Source: Bdellovibrionales bacterium (GTDB lineage Bacteria; Bdellovibrionota; Bdellovibrionia; Bdellovibrionales; JAMPXM01). From it: a stretch of 43,536 nt of DNA. The position numbers and the translations under genes were made by a program. Shown here piece after piece: positions 28,432 through 38,419 of this stretch. The stretch's first letter is position 1. Every line of letters begins with the position of its first letter. The stretch spans positions 1 to 43,536 of the forward strand of contig JAYUEN010000224.1 in the NCBI GenBank assembly GCA_043739185.1. Direction: 5' to 3'. A model generated the notes under the pieces. That model saw only the letters and a program-made list of their open reading frames with translations. It was not told the DNA's origin and made no database searches.

Positions 28432-30351
28432 CTAATGACTAAATTTTCTTCGATTGAGGATCACTGAAAATTCTTCTGAATTGCGGATAAACTTAAGCCC
28501 AATCTTGGTGTTTTCAGGGCCGCGAATTCGATTCAAAATTTCACTGATTGGCAAACCCGCTACTGCTAGCCATTCCTCATTCGAATTGGCTTGAATGGCA
28601 ATGAGTTCGTCACCGACATGTATTTTTTTACTTTGAAATGCCTCGGTATTTGGTAAAACCTGCTTTACAAAGCACAGAGCGTTTCTGGTGTCTAAAACCA
28701 GACCCACCCCTATCCATTCTTTTTTCTTCGCAGTATCAGTATTGTAAAGAATGGGCGCAATTGAAGAATCTATTTCTTTATTTTCTTTAACGATGGCAAG
28801 TGCACCGAGCCCAGTATCAATAATTCCGCTCTGTATGGTCTTAATATTGTGTTTTGAAAGATTTTCAACGATTTCTTTATCAATTCGCGGATCCAACCAC
28901 AAGGCTCCTGCACTTTCGTATTTTGTAGGATCAAAATTCCAGGCTTCATCACCAAATCTTGGTAGACTCATAGCTTCCATGGCGGACAAACGATAATCAA
29001 CCACATTCACAATGAACTCAAATGCGGCAGGTATGAGCGAAGAATTAAAGGCTCCACTTGCAAAGGCAATATGTTCATCTTTGATGCCGATCTCCATCGA
29101 AAAGCCGCTGAGCCTGCGATCTCCTGGTCTGGTGCTGAAATATTTTAAGTTTCTGGCGCCAGTGAGAGCCACGCCGTCTACGAAAATTCCCTGCGCCCAA
29201 GGCATCGATTCGATGGTATTGGTGCCGGTAATGGCATTGCCTTCTTTATCGATCACCACCACTTGATAGCTATGGGTTCCCATTGAGCGCTTAAGTGGTA
29301 AGGATGCCTTTGCCTTTATTTGAGCCTGCACTTTTTTAAAGATGAGATCAGCATTTTCCTGAGATAGGGCTTGCTCAATAAACTTTGCATTGTCGAGCTT
29401 CTTAAAATCTTTCAACCACGCTTGGGTTTTGACTTCATTTTCAATGCGAATGAGTAATTCAAGTGCTTCAGCTGATTTTGAAAAATGCTTACCGTACTTT
29501 TTTAAATCTTCATGCTCAAGGGCTTTAAGCGAAAGCAAAGTATTGAGGCCCCCAAATGCGCGCCCTCCTGACGAATAAATTTCTAGGTTTCGGTAGTGAA
29601 TGTGTGGCGGCATCCACCAAATAACTTTGTAGTTAGCTAAATCTTTTAGACTGAGATGGCCGCCTTGGGCCACAATCTTTTTGACAAACTTTTTGGCCCA
29701 CTCTCCGGTATAGGCATAACTCGATCCTTCATCAGCAAGTCTCTCTAAAAACTCGGCTAGCTCAGGAAGTTTTAGCCAATCCCCTTCTTTTAAAGCAATC
29801 CCCTTTGGATAGAAGGTATCAGCGCCATACTCACTGCGCTTAAGTACCGCTTGATAAATAGGGCTCGCCAAAACATTTGCAAACATCTGATTCAATGTAA
29901 ATCCGTTTCGCGCAAGGCCGATCGCGGGTTCAAGTACCTTTTTAAACGGGAGCTTGCCATATGATTTCGAAATGGCTTCAAGGCCTGCTATAGCACCTGG
30001 TACTAAGACAGCGTCTCCTGGTTTTCCTGAGAATTCATCGACTTCAAGTGGATCATTGAATTCGGCATCCATATAAAAAGCACTCTTAGATTTGGCGTCG
30101 TACAAAAGAGCTCCTAATGGCCCCCCAATACTCGTAACCCCTTCGCTCAAAACATATTGTGCTGCGGTTGTTGCCACAAAAGCGTCAAAGGCATTACCAC
30201 CTTCATCTAAAATTTGTTCGCCAATTTGACTTGCTTGTGGATGATAGCTCACCACGCTTTGAAATGAATTTTTGGCTTTTCCCGACTGAAGCGTATGCTG
30301 TACGCAGCTGCTTGCAATTACTAGAAGAATTAAAATAAATAGATTTCTCAT
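28432..30351 (-). CDS. Gamma-glutamyltransferase-family lipoprotein fused to a C-terminal PDZ domain
   Basis: Lipobox ASSC; GGNAFDA, VPGAIAG, LEPAIGLARNGF, VIDKEGNA; PDZ motifs GVGLVL...VGDELIAI...IRGPENTKI. Confidence 0.88.
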   Translation of the reverse strand: MRNLFILILLVIASSCVQHTLQSGKAKNSFQSVVSYHPQASQIGEQILDEGGNAFDAFVATTAAQYVLSEGVTSIGGPLGALLYDAKSKSAFYMDAEFNDPLEVDEFSGKPGDAVLVPGAIAGLEAISKSYGKLPFKKVLEPAIGLARNGFTLNQMFANVLASPIYQAVLKRSEYGADTFYPKGIALKEGDWLKLPELAEFLERLADEGSSYAYTGEWAKKFVKKIVAQGGHLSLKDLANYKVIWWMPPHIHYRNLEIYSSGGRAFGGLNTLLSLKALEHEDLKKYGKHFSKSAEALELLIRIENEVKTQAWLKDFKKLDNAKFIEQALSQENADLIFKKVQAQIKAKASLPLKRSMGTHSYQVVVIDKEGNAITGTNTIESMPWAQGIFVDGVALTGARNLKYFSTRPGDRRLSGFSMEIGIKDEHIAFASGAFNSSLIPAAFEFIVNVVDYRLSAMEAMSLPRFGDEAWNFDPTKYESAGALWLDPRIDKEIVENLSKHNIKTIQSGIIDTGLGALAIVKENKEIDSSIAPILYNTDTAKKKEWIGVGLVLDTRNALCFVKQVLPNTEAFQSKKIHVGDELIAIQANSNEEWLAVAGLPISEILNRIRGPENTKIGLKFIRNSEEFSVILNRRKFSH

Positions 30352-30369
30352 ATAAAAATTATTCTTTAT

Positions 30370-30741
30370 TTATTTAGATGTCAGCCAAACTCGTACAGCT
30401 ACAATAAATAAAAAAATTGAAAACATTTTAGCTAAATGATCACTGGTTAATTGTATTGCCAACTTTGCTCCAAAAAAGGTTCCGAATAAAATGCCCAGCG
30501 CAATGAGTCCACCAAACTTAAAATTCTCAGGGCCAATAAAACCGGACTGATAATATTGCCAAACCCCAAGCGCACCTACTGGCAGCAATAAGGCCACAAG
30601 CGAAGTTGCGCTTGCCGACTGTTGGGATGCTTGAAAAATAGCGGCAACGAGCGGAACTATGATGATGCCGCCGCCAATGCCAAAAAGTCCCGAACAGACA
30701 CCTGCTAATAATCCTATCCCAATTGCAATTGCATAATTCAT
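30370..30741 (-). CDS. TauE/SafE (TSUP) family transporter, half-size
   Basis: SGLFGIGGGIIIVP, ATSL; 4 TM segments. Confidence 0.88.
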   Translation of the reverse strand: MNYAIAIGIGLLAGVCSGLFGIGGGIIIVPLVAAIFQASQQSASATSLVALLLPVGALGVWQYYQSGFIGPENFKFGGLIALGILFGTFFGAKLAIQLTSDHLAKMFSIFLFIVAVRVWLTSK

Positions 30742-30753
30742 AATTGACCTCCG

Positions 30754-31203
30754 TTAAGAACAAGTTGGACATTGTCCCGAAAATTCAAGACGATGTGATA
30801 ATCCGGTATAACCCATTTTTTTTAATTTGCTTTCTTGGTTTTCGACCAGGCAAAAATCGAGTGATTCAACTTTTTTACATTTTCTGCAAACAAAATGATG
30901 ATGGTGGTGCCTCTTAGATTTCCCTAAAGACCATTCGTATTTTGCCATATCATCTGAAAAATCACATTTTTCAATAATTCCTAATTTTTCAAATACCGGA
31001 AGGCTTCGATAAATTGTAACCGGATCGCAAGAAGCTTTATAGGCAAATATACGCACCAATTGCGGAGCCGAAAAGGGACCTTTTTGCAGATTCATGGCTT
31101 TAAGAAGTGCGTGTCGAGTTTTGGTCATACGAAATTTCGAATCAGCCAATAAGTTCAAAGCAGTCTTCAATTGACCACGATTTCTTTTTTCATTCAATGG
31201 CAT
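30754..31203 (-). CDS. Fur-family regulator, probably Zur
   Basis: TIYRSL helix, HHHHHFVCRKC, C-terminal CPTC; in an operon with a ZIP transporter. Confidence 0.9.
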   Translation of the reverse strand: MPLNEKRNRGQLKTALNLLADSKFRMTKTRHALLKAMNLQKGPFSAPQLVRIFAYKASCDPVTIYRSLPVFEKLGIIEKCDFSDDMAKYEWSLGKSKRHHHHHFVCRKCKKVESLDFCLVENQESKLKKMGYTGLSHRLEFSGQCPTCS

Positions 31204-31240
31204 CGAAAGACCTCCCTACGGCTCGTTGAAAAATGAGCCC

Positions 31241-31987
31241 TTACAAAACAAACATTACAAATTGCGTAAGCAAGAGTCCTACGATCAACCACTTCAAATC
31301 CTTTTTTGAATGTCGCAAATGACTTAAAGTGGGTAGCCAGAAATCAAAAACCAAACAGCCAAGCAAAGTCCCTGCGGCAAGGCTTGTTGCTATCATCGCA
31401 ATACTTGGGCTTAAGTCATGCCGAAACACAAAGCTCAAAATCACGCCCGCAGGAAGAGATAGCGAATAGGCAATGAGGGCTAGCCCTGCTTTGGCGCGTG
31501 AATTCATTTTTTCAACTACTACGGAAGAGACAGTCAAGGCTTCATAAACCTTATGCGCACATAATGCGTAAAAGACATTTCTTGCAAGTCCAGTTGAAAT
31601 TTCAGCAGAAACTGCAAGTAATACTCCACTTGCAAAGCAATGAGCGATCATTGAACTCAAAATAAACAATATTGAACTCTCTTGAATATGCCCAACCGAT
31701 GTATCTTCGGTATTTGCTGGGATTTCGTGATGATGGGTTCCGATGTGAAAATAGTGAGCTACCGAATAGGTAAACCAAACCGCCAGCATCATGCAAATTG
31801 TTTTAACTCCGCCTAAGATCCATAAATCGGGCAATAAATCAAAGATGACGATGCCGGTTAAGGCACCCGTGCCAATGAGAAACATGACTGAGTTTTTTTT
31901 ATGTGTTTGCCGCCAAAAGAAGGGCACACTTGCCGAAACAGAAATTGTTAGAGTTAAAATTGTGGCTTCGGCCAATAGGCCCATCAA
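31241..31987 (-). CDS. ZIP-family metal transporter
   Basis: DLLP, His-rich loop, AHCFASG, AHKVYEA, AAGTLL; ATG 31984 is a likely start. Confidence 0.85.
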   Translation of the reverse strand: MMGLLAEATILTLTISVSASVPFFWRQTHKKNSVMFLIGTGALTGIVIFDLLPDLWILGGVKTICMMLAVWFTYSVAHYFHIGTHHHEIPANTEDTSVGHIQESSILFILSSMIAHCFASGVLLAVSAEISTGLARNVFYALCAHKVYEALTVSSVVVEKMNSRAKAGLALIAYSLSLPAGVILSFVFRHDLSPSIAMIATSLAAGTLLGCLVFDFWLPTLSHLRHSKKDLKWLIVGLLLTQFVMFVL

Positions 31988-32046
31988 ACGCCTTAGGTAA
32001 GTAATTTTTAAATGAACTTTTAGGTTTTAAATCAGAATTTATCTTT

Positions 32047-32063
32047 TTGCAACTCAGTTGCAA
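32047..32063. promoter_or_regulatory. Palindromic operator (Zur/Fur-family box)
   Basis: Perfect 8-1-8 inverted repeat TTGCAACT-C-AGTTGCAA, 60 bp upstream of ZIP-Fur-TauE. Confidence 0.75.
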
Positions 32064-32080
32064 TAGAATGGCTGCAATAA

Positions 32081-32695
32081 TTATTCAGGCTCTGAAGCTT
32101 GAGGCTCTTCATTGAAACGAGGCTTCAGGCTATCTTTGAGCTTAACGGCTTCTTTAAATCGATGTTGAAGTGACTCTTTTACTTGATTTAACATTTGCAT
32201 GAGCTTTGGACTTTTTGCTTTTGGAATGAGTTTTTCATTTAAAATTTTGAGATCTTCTTGCAGCTCAGATACTTGAGACGTCATATAATCCAAATCAAAA
32301 ATTCGCGCTTTTACCTTTTTTAGACTCTTAATATTTTCAGCCGCGATTTTTTTAAAGTGATCTGAAAAATCAGTTGATTCTGGCCGAAGCTTCAAATCCT
32401 TCTTAAGCTTTTGAAGGGCTTTGTTATCTTGGGAGTGCTCATCAACCATTTCTTCAGCAAAAGCTCGTACCTCCTGATTACTGGTTTTTTGTTTAGCCAA
32501 TCTCCCTTCTAAAATTTCAGAATTATTCAGGTTGACCATAATATTCAAGATTTGAGAATCTTTCAAATTAGACTCTGACTCCTGAGCAAGCGCTACACCT
32601 ACGCTCAAGAGGCCAACGAAAATCGAAATAACATTTTTTATGTATCTAAAATTCATTTCGACAAGCGCCTCTCTTGCAATTTTTAAAGCTGACAT
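32081..32695 (-). CDS. DUF4142 domain exported protein
   Basis: EILEGRLAKQK...VRAFAEEMVDEHS, FDLDYM; signal peptide; the start is probably downstream. Confidence 0.85.
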   Translation of the reverse strand: MSALKIAREALVEMNFRYIKNVISIFVGLLSVGVALAQESESNLKDSQILNIMVNLNNSEILEGRLAKQKTSNQEVRAFAEEMVDEHSQDNKALQKLKKDLKLRPESTDFSDHFKKIAAENIKSLKKVKARIFDLDYMTSQVSELQEDLKILNEKLIPKAKSPKLMQMLNQVKESLQHRFKEAVKLKDSLKPRFNEEPQASEPE

Positions 32696-32839
32696 TCGCT
32701 CAATTACTTGGGCGAATCATCTAACTCACTATATAATCTATTAGTTTTCATTTTTTTTCATCTTAAAACTCAAGCTATCAATAAAGGAAGCCGGAGAATG
32801 TACCAAATCAGGACAATGGAACATCATAATATAAAACAG

Positions 32840-33523
32840 CTAATAGTTTATTTGATAGGCCAAATTAAAAATTTTTTGCCAGACTTCGTCCTTTTCGTCT
32901 GTAAAAACAAAATCTTGTTCATCAAATTTAAACTTAAGTGAATAGGCCCATAAGCACAAGTGAGGAATATTCATTTGCTCTCTGAAAAACCTATTGTGAT
33001 GAGAATCTCCGTGTTCGCGATCACCAATTATAGGATGTGAAATTCGATTCAAATGTCTTCGAATCTGATGATATCGTCCCGACTTTAGCTCCAATTCAAG
33101 TAGCGAATAGCGCGAGCTTTTATGTTTTTTCCCAACTGCAAATGGCAATTCAAATTGTTTGAGACTTATAAATTGAGTTTTGGCCGGCACAAAATCTCCG
33201 GTTGTATCATTTTCTAAGTCGATTTCAATGCTCCCCTCGGCTTCAGTCCAACCTCTAACCAAAGCAAAATATTTCTTTTCAATCAAAGCTGAATTGAGTA
33301 GGGATGCAGCCTTGGAAGATAAACCAAATAGCAAGAGCCCTCTTGTTGGAGCGTCCAGTCTTTGAGCTGGATAAATCGTCTCTTGACCTAATATCTTTTT
33401 TAATTGGCTTACCAAAACCAACTGAGATGGCACCCAATAGTCGTGGTTTTCAGGCTGGTGAACGTGCTCCCCCCAGTCTTTTCGAACAACAATAAAATTT
33501 TCATTTTTAAATACGATTTTCAA
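32840..33523 (-). CDS. truC: RluA-family pseudouridine synthase, TruC-like
   Basis: QRLDAPTRGLLL, KYFALVRG, SRYSL, GRYHQIRRHL, HPIIGDREHGD. Confidence 0.85.
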   Translation of the reverse strand: MKIVFKNENFIVVRKDWGEHVHQPENHDYWVPSQLVLVSQLKKILGQETIYPAQRLDAPTRGLLLFGLSSKAASLLNSALIEKKYFALVRGWTEAEGSIEIDLENDTTGDFVPAKTQFISLKQFELPFAVGKKHKSSRYSLLELELKSGRYHQIRRHLNRISHPIIGDREHGDSHHNRFFREQMNIPHLCLWAYSLKFKFDEQDFVFTDEKDEVWQKIFNLAYQINY

Positions 33524-33532
33524 AGAATTATG

Positions 33533-34804
33533 TTACCAAAAATCTCCACAAGGTCCTTTGACAGGTAGTTTACCACTACACTGTTTGCCTTGCGAAGATG
33601 GCATTCGAGTTGGTAAAATCCATTGGCCATTGGCTCCACACATTTTTCGAATACAGCTGACCTCTTTTAGATCCGTTCGACATTTGCCTTCGTTTTTAGG
33701 ATTGCCCTCACAAAACCAAGCACATTCTTTAAATTCAGCACTTGGCGTATTGCAGACCGAATTTGAAGCTTGCAAGCCTTGGCCTTTTACAGAGTCTTTT
33801 GAAGCAGCTCCCTTAAATTCCTTCACTTCAGTGGCTTGATCTATCAATCGCAAGGACTTGGCATCTAATTTCTTTACGCTCATCAGCTCTGAAATTTCAG
33901 CTTTGTATGAAGTTTGACATTCTTCTCCTGCTGTAACTAAGACCGGAAGGCCATTGGTTTCACTTGCATTTTGTGCGCTCAACTCAACTGCCCCTGTTAA
34001 AGTCTGAAGACCTGAAGCCTTGGTGACTTCGTCATAACTCATTACAAAGTCAGTACCGCGTACTCCGGCAACTGCCGTCTTAGTTTTAATCTCAAAAGTA
34101 TTCTTTACTCGATCATATTTTTCAGGCCCGGGCGAAACTCGAATTCGGATTTTACCTAGATCGAGCTTGATAAGAGTTTTTTTGTACTCAGGATTTTCCT
34201 CTAAGTCGGTGGGATGCAAATAATGTTGGATAAAAATATTCGAATTTGCATTGATATGCAGTTCGTCTTTGGTTTTCGTAAATTGAATTTTTAACTTTGA
34301 ATCATTGTCAGTTAGAATACGATCATCTTCAAATATATTGAAACCCTTGGTGGCAAACTGTGTCTTTTGGTTGGTTCGAATAATTTGTGGTTTACCAAAA
34401 CTGGTTTCAACAAAACCTATTGGTAAAACATCGCTTGCTGGTGTTCGAGAACGTAGCTCAGGCGTCTGTGCTTTTTTGAAATTATTTTGCTCAATTCCCA
34501 AATCTGAAAAACACTTATCTTGATTTGCTACAGCTTCGCACACTGACTTTTTGCAGGACTTCATGCGCGTTAAATTATCTCCGCACTTTTCAGAATAAAA
34601 TTTGATGTCAATTTCAGTTTCACAGGGGCCGCACTCAAGAACTTCACATTTGCAATCGACAACAGGAAGAGTCCCGGCAAATAGTCTTTCTGCGAGCACT
34701 ACAAAAATACCAATTAATAAAATTTGTCTCATTTTATAAAAATATTTATTGTTTCTCATAGCTTTGCTTCGGAAGAAAACTAAAAAATCATTGCGCTTTT
34801 TCAA
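33533..34804 (-). CDS. FecR-domain exported protein with Cys-rich termini
   Basis: FEIKTKTAVAGVRGTDF; probable start ATG 34732 before the signal peptide. Confidence 0.85.
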   Translation of the reverse strand: MKKRNDFLVFFRSKAMRNNKYFYKMRQILLIGIFVVLAERLFAGTLPVVDCKCEVLECGPCETEIDIKFYSEKCGDNLTRMKSCKKSVCEAVANQDKCFSDLGIEQNNFKKAQTPELRSRTPASDVLPIGFVETSFGKPQIIRTNQKTQFATKGFNIFEDDRILTDNDSKLKIQFTKTKDELHINANSNIFIQHYLHPTDLEENPEYKKTLIKLDLGKIRIRVSPGPEKYDRVKNTFEIKTKTAVAGVRGTDFVMSYDEVTKASGLQTLTGAVELSAQNASETNGLPVLVTAGEECQTSYKAEISELMSVKKLDAKSLRLIDQATEVKEFKGAASKDSVKGQGLQASNSVCNTPSAEFKECAWFCEGNPKNEGKCRTDLKEVSCIRKMCGANGQWILPTRMPSSQGKQCSGKLPVKGPCGDFW

Positions 34805-34979
34805 GGCTTTTGAGCAAATTTTTATTCATGAGCTGAGCATCACTTGGTCCTTATCGATGAAAGTCGAGTTTTATGATTTTTGAGAGGCCCTCCTCGTTGA
34901 TTCATCTCAAAATGAACCAACAAACAAAAGCTTTCAAAGAAGCTCATTCTTGATATATAGTTCGTAATGAGATGAGCCC

Positions 34980-36200
34980 ATGTTAATGATTTCAACCCAG
35001 AAGAGTTCAAACAAGTGCCTATATTTTATGTTTAGGGCACTTTGCCTTGATCGCCTTGTTCTTTTGTTCCTGCTGATTGAGATCTGCCTGATTTCGTCCC
35101 CATCCTTGCTCCTTGCTGCCAAATTACCCGGTGATTTTTTTGCGATTTGCGATGACGGCGGTGAGCCCCTTACCAATAATCAAAATGATTTCGTAAGTGC
35201 TCCACCTGGGGTTCTAAAAATTTGGCAATTTGACAGCGATAAAGCGCAGATCATAAATCTTCCTTTTGCCTGTCATTCTATTTCCCAAAACTTAATCAAG
35301 CCAAATGAATTGGCTGTATTCTCATTGTGGAGCGACCAAGCAGCCATTCTCGATATCAAAGAAAAAAAGCCCCCCCGATTGATAAAAGAAGAGGCGGGTC
35401 ACCGCTTTTTTGGTCACGGCGTCTTTTCGAAAGATGGCAAACGTCTTTTTACAACAGGACAAAACGATACAACTGGAATTGGCGAAGTGTCTTTATGGGA
35501 TGTGACTTCTCAAAAGTTAGTTTCTAGATTTTCCGTATTTGGATTTTATCCCTACGATATTAAACTCTCTAACTCAGGAAACGAACTCATTGTTGCCGTT
35601 GCCGGACGAAGCAAAGATTCTGCTAGCACAAAACCCAAGCTGACCCTTCATATGAGTGAAGAATCAAGTCTCACATATTTAAGCTACCCAAATGGCGAAT
35701 TCATAAAACGAATTGAGTTTACAGAGCACGACAAATCTATTCTGCATTTTGAAATAAGTTCGGATTCTTGGATTGTTGGTGCCGGACAATCAAAGGGCCT
35801 CGATGTCTCAGGTCAAAAGAGTTTTGCAGTATCCATTTCTCCTTCAGGCATAGCAAAAAATTTAGTCTTGCCCGATGACTTCTTAGGAAACTTCACTGGA
35901 GAGACGTTGGGCATTGCACTCTATGAGAAAAAAAGCTTGGCCTATCTTACCAATCGTAGCACCAAACTCATCATTGTATGGAATTATAAAAAACAAGAAC
36001 TACAAAAATATTTTTATATTCCCGATCGACCTAAAGCAATTTCAATTACAAATGATCAAAAACAAATATTAATTTCTGAAACAAAAACGAAATCTTTTCT
36101 TTTAATTGATCCTATCAAAATGGATATTGTTGGGCGCGCCTCAGGAAATGAGCTCTCTGGCTATGGAGCTCATCTCATTCGCATCAAAAATTTTAACTGA
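34980..36200 (+). CDS. DUF1513-like exported beta-propeller protein
   Basis: GHRFFGHGVFSKDGKRLFTT, SSLTYL, WD-like repeats. Confidence 0.75.
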   Translation: MLMISTQKSSNKCLYFMFRALCLDRLVLLFLLIEICLISSPSLLLAAKLPGDFFAICDDGGEPLTNNQNDFVSAPPGVLKIWQFDSDKAQIINLPFACHSISQNLIKPNELAVFSLWSDQAAILDIKEKKPPRLIKEEAGHRFFGHGVFSKDGKRLFTTGQNDTTGIGEVSLWDVTSQKLVSRFSVFGFYPYDIKLSNSGNELIVAVAGRSKDSASTKPKLTLHMSEESSLTYLSYPNGEFIKRIEFTEHDKSILHFEISSDSWIVGAGQSKGLDVSGQKSFAVSISPSGIAKNLVLPDDFLGNFTGETLGIALYEKKSLAYLTNRSTKLIIVWNYKKQELQKYFYIPDRPKAISITNDQKQILISETKTKSFLLIDPIKMDIVGRASGNELSGYGAHLIRIKNFN

Positions 36201-37422
36201 CAATTAAATTTTTAATTGAACTTCTGTCTTGAACTCCAAGCAGCCAAAAGGCTCCTGATAAAAAGACCATGGGTGCACACCAAACCAAACCTGTGCGTAA
36301 AGCCCCCGTTTGATCCGAAATCCAACCAATGAGTGGTGAGGAAATGGCATCTCCAAAAATATGACATGCAAAAATTGAAATTGCCATTGCCATAGTACGA
36401 AGCGCACTCGGAACACATTCCATAATTAAAACATTAATCGGACTCGTCGGGAGAAAAAATAAAAACTGGGTGAGAGACATAAAGGCAATAAACAAAATTA
36501 AATGCGTAGTGAAAAAGCATGCAATAAAACACGGGACCACCAAAAACATACAAATCGCACAAAAGTAAAGATAGCCAAAATCATATTTGAGTTTTAAACG
36601 CCCACTCCAAAAGCCTCCAAGGAGTGTGCCTAAGAATCCGTTTATGACAGCTATTCCGCCAAAAAGCATATTGGAATCCTGAGGCGAATATGAAAATGTT
36701 CGTTGAATATAGGTTGGCATCCAGTGCGCCAGGCCGCCAACGACAAAAGTAAACGCAGTATAGCCAATCACCGCGCAAATAAAGGGGCGATTTTTTCGCA
36801 GTTCTCTATAAGCGTCACCGACGTGAAAACTCGTAGCCCTTATTTCGCCACTTGGCTCGGGCAATTTATAAATGAAAAATGCCAAAATAAAACCTGGTAT
36901 TCCGGCAATAAAAAATGAATTGCGCCAGCCAACATAACCTCCGAGTAGCCCGCCTATGACATAACCAAGGGCAGCACCTGCGGTCGCGCCAGAAGCAAAA
37001 ATCGAAAAAGCGCGGGCCCGTCTTTCAGGCTTATAGTAATCCGTTAAAAATGGAGCGGAAACCGTGGTAAACATCGACTCGCCTACACCTAGCAAAAAGC
37101 GAGAAGAAAACATCAAACTAAATTGACCAGCTAAACCGGTAATGAGGCTTGCAAAACTCCAAAGACTCACACCAATTGTTAAAAGCGATGTTCGTTGATA
37201 TCTTTGAACTAGCCAGCCAAATACTGGGGACGTCAAAATATAAGCGAGCATAAAAGCAGTGGCAAGTAAGCCACCTTGAAAATCTGAAAGATGTAAATCT
37301 TTTTGGATCGAACTGAGTAAAGCAGCGAGCATAAAGCGGTCAATATAATTAAGGTAATTGACCGCTGTTAAAAGATTGAGCGCCCGCCTTGCTTGAATTG
37401 AATCAGAGGCTTGGGGAGTCAC
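36193..37422 (-). CDS. Spinster-family MFS transporter
   Basis: NYLNYIDR, QGGLLATAF, RFLLGVGES, GALGY-like and HIFGDAISSPLIG motifs. Confidence 0.88.
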   Translation of the reverse strand: MTPQASDSIQARRALNLLTAVNYLNYIDRFMLAALLSSIQKDLHLSDFQGGLLATAFMLAYILTSPVFGWLVQRYQRTSLLTIGVSLWSFASLITGLAGQFSLMFSSRFLLGVGESMFTTVSAPFLTDYYKPERRARAFSIFASGATAGAALGYVIGGLLGGYVGWRNSFFIAGIPGFILAFFIYKLPEPSGEIRATSFHVGDAYRELRKNRPFICAVIGYTAFTFVVGGLAHWMPTYIQRTFSYSPQDSNMLFGGIAVINGFLGTLLGGFWSGRLKLKYDFGYLYFCAICMFLVVPCFIACFFTTHLILFIAFMSLTQFLFFLPTSPINVLIMECVPSALRTMAMAISIFACHIFGDAISSPLIGWISDQTGALRTGLVWCAPMVFLSGAFWLLGVQDRSSIKNLIVS

Positions 37423-38275
37423 TCACTCCTCTTACTTCCGGTAGCGGAATTTTAACATATTTTTCTTCAACCATGGTTTGCGCTTTCAAAGCAATATCTC
37501 GTCGATCTGAAACGCTATCCACTTCAATTTCCTCTAGGTATTCCCAGTCAACATTGCAAGAATGAATTGCAGATGCATTCCAAAGAACTCCCAAGAGTGG
37601 GGTCTTCTTATACCAGAAAACAATGTCACGCCATTTATCACTCATTGGTTCATCGTTTACAAAGCGAAAATTCAATACCGTCGGGAGTAGATTGGCTTCG
37701 GTTGCAGCACAGCTCATCAAGAGTGTCTTCTTAAATGGCCAAACTTTCTCGCCGTTTGTGGTCTTTGCCTCAGGGTAAAGTACGACATTAAAACCTTGGT
37801 TGAGTGCAGATTCGATGTCTTTCATTTCGTTTGAAATATTCGCGGCATTTCTGGCCTCAACATAAACACAGCCCGCAAATTCACTCAATAGACCTAATAC
37901 CGGCGCTTCACGAAGTTCAACTGAGGTCACAAACATAGTTGGCATATGAGCTGCGATAATAAAATCATCGAAAAATCCCAAATGATTTGAAATGACCAAA
38001 TGATTTTTTTTCTCTTTCGGAAAGCCCACCAAATTAACTTTTACATTAAAAAGTTTGAGCAAAATACGACTCCAAAAAGAAACACTTGCGGTAAATAGTT
38101 TTCTTCTTTTTACAATGTCACGAGTGGTAAAATGGATACCAAAGCCCATCGTTAAAAAGCCAACAACCATACCCAGAAAAATTGCAATTTTACTTGACCT
38201 GCGTATAACATCAAAAAGTTTATTCATAATCATATCTCCCCCAAACCAAAGACTTTCTTTGGTATTGGGCTGCAA
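37403..38275 (-). CDS. Lysophospholipid acyltransferase (PlsC-like)
   Basis: SNHLGFFD (HX4D), LYPEAKTTNG, PFK; the start may be about 40 nt downstream. Confidence 0.9.
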   Translation of the reverse strand: MQPNTKESLWFGGDMIMNKLFDVIRRSSKIAIFLGMVVGFLTMGFGIHFTTRDIVKRRKLFTASVSFWSRILLKLFNVKVNLVGFPKEKKNHLVISNHLGFFDDFIIAAHMPTMFVTSVELREAPVLGLLSEFAGCVYVEARNAANISNEMKDIESALNQGFNVVLYPEAKTTNGEKVWPFKKTLLMSCAATEANLLPTVLNFRFVNDEPMSDKWRDIVFWYKKTPLLGVLWNASAIHSCNVDWEYLEEIEVDSVSDRRDIALKAQTMVEEKYVKIPLPEVRGVSDSPSL

Positions 38276-38419
38276 TATAGACTGAAAGCACTATAAGAAA
38301 AAAGTAAATTATTACTCAGCTTAAGAAAAAAGCCTGAATTCGATTTTAAGCGATCTGAGGTCCGCAAAATTGAAAAAATCAGCATTGTAAGCCAGCCATT
38401 TTAGAGGCAATCTTTTTTT

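Noticed and set aside
32708..32941. 77-aa + strand ORF
   Set aside because: AT-rich, antisense to the truC 3' end, no motif.
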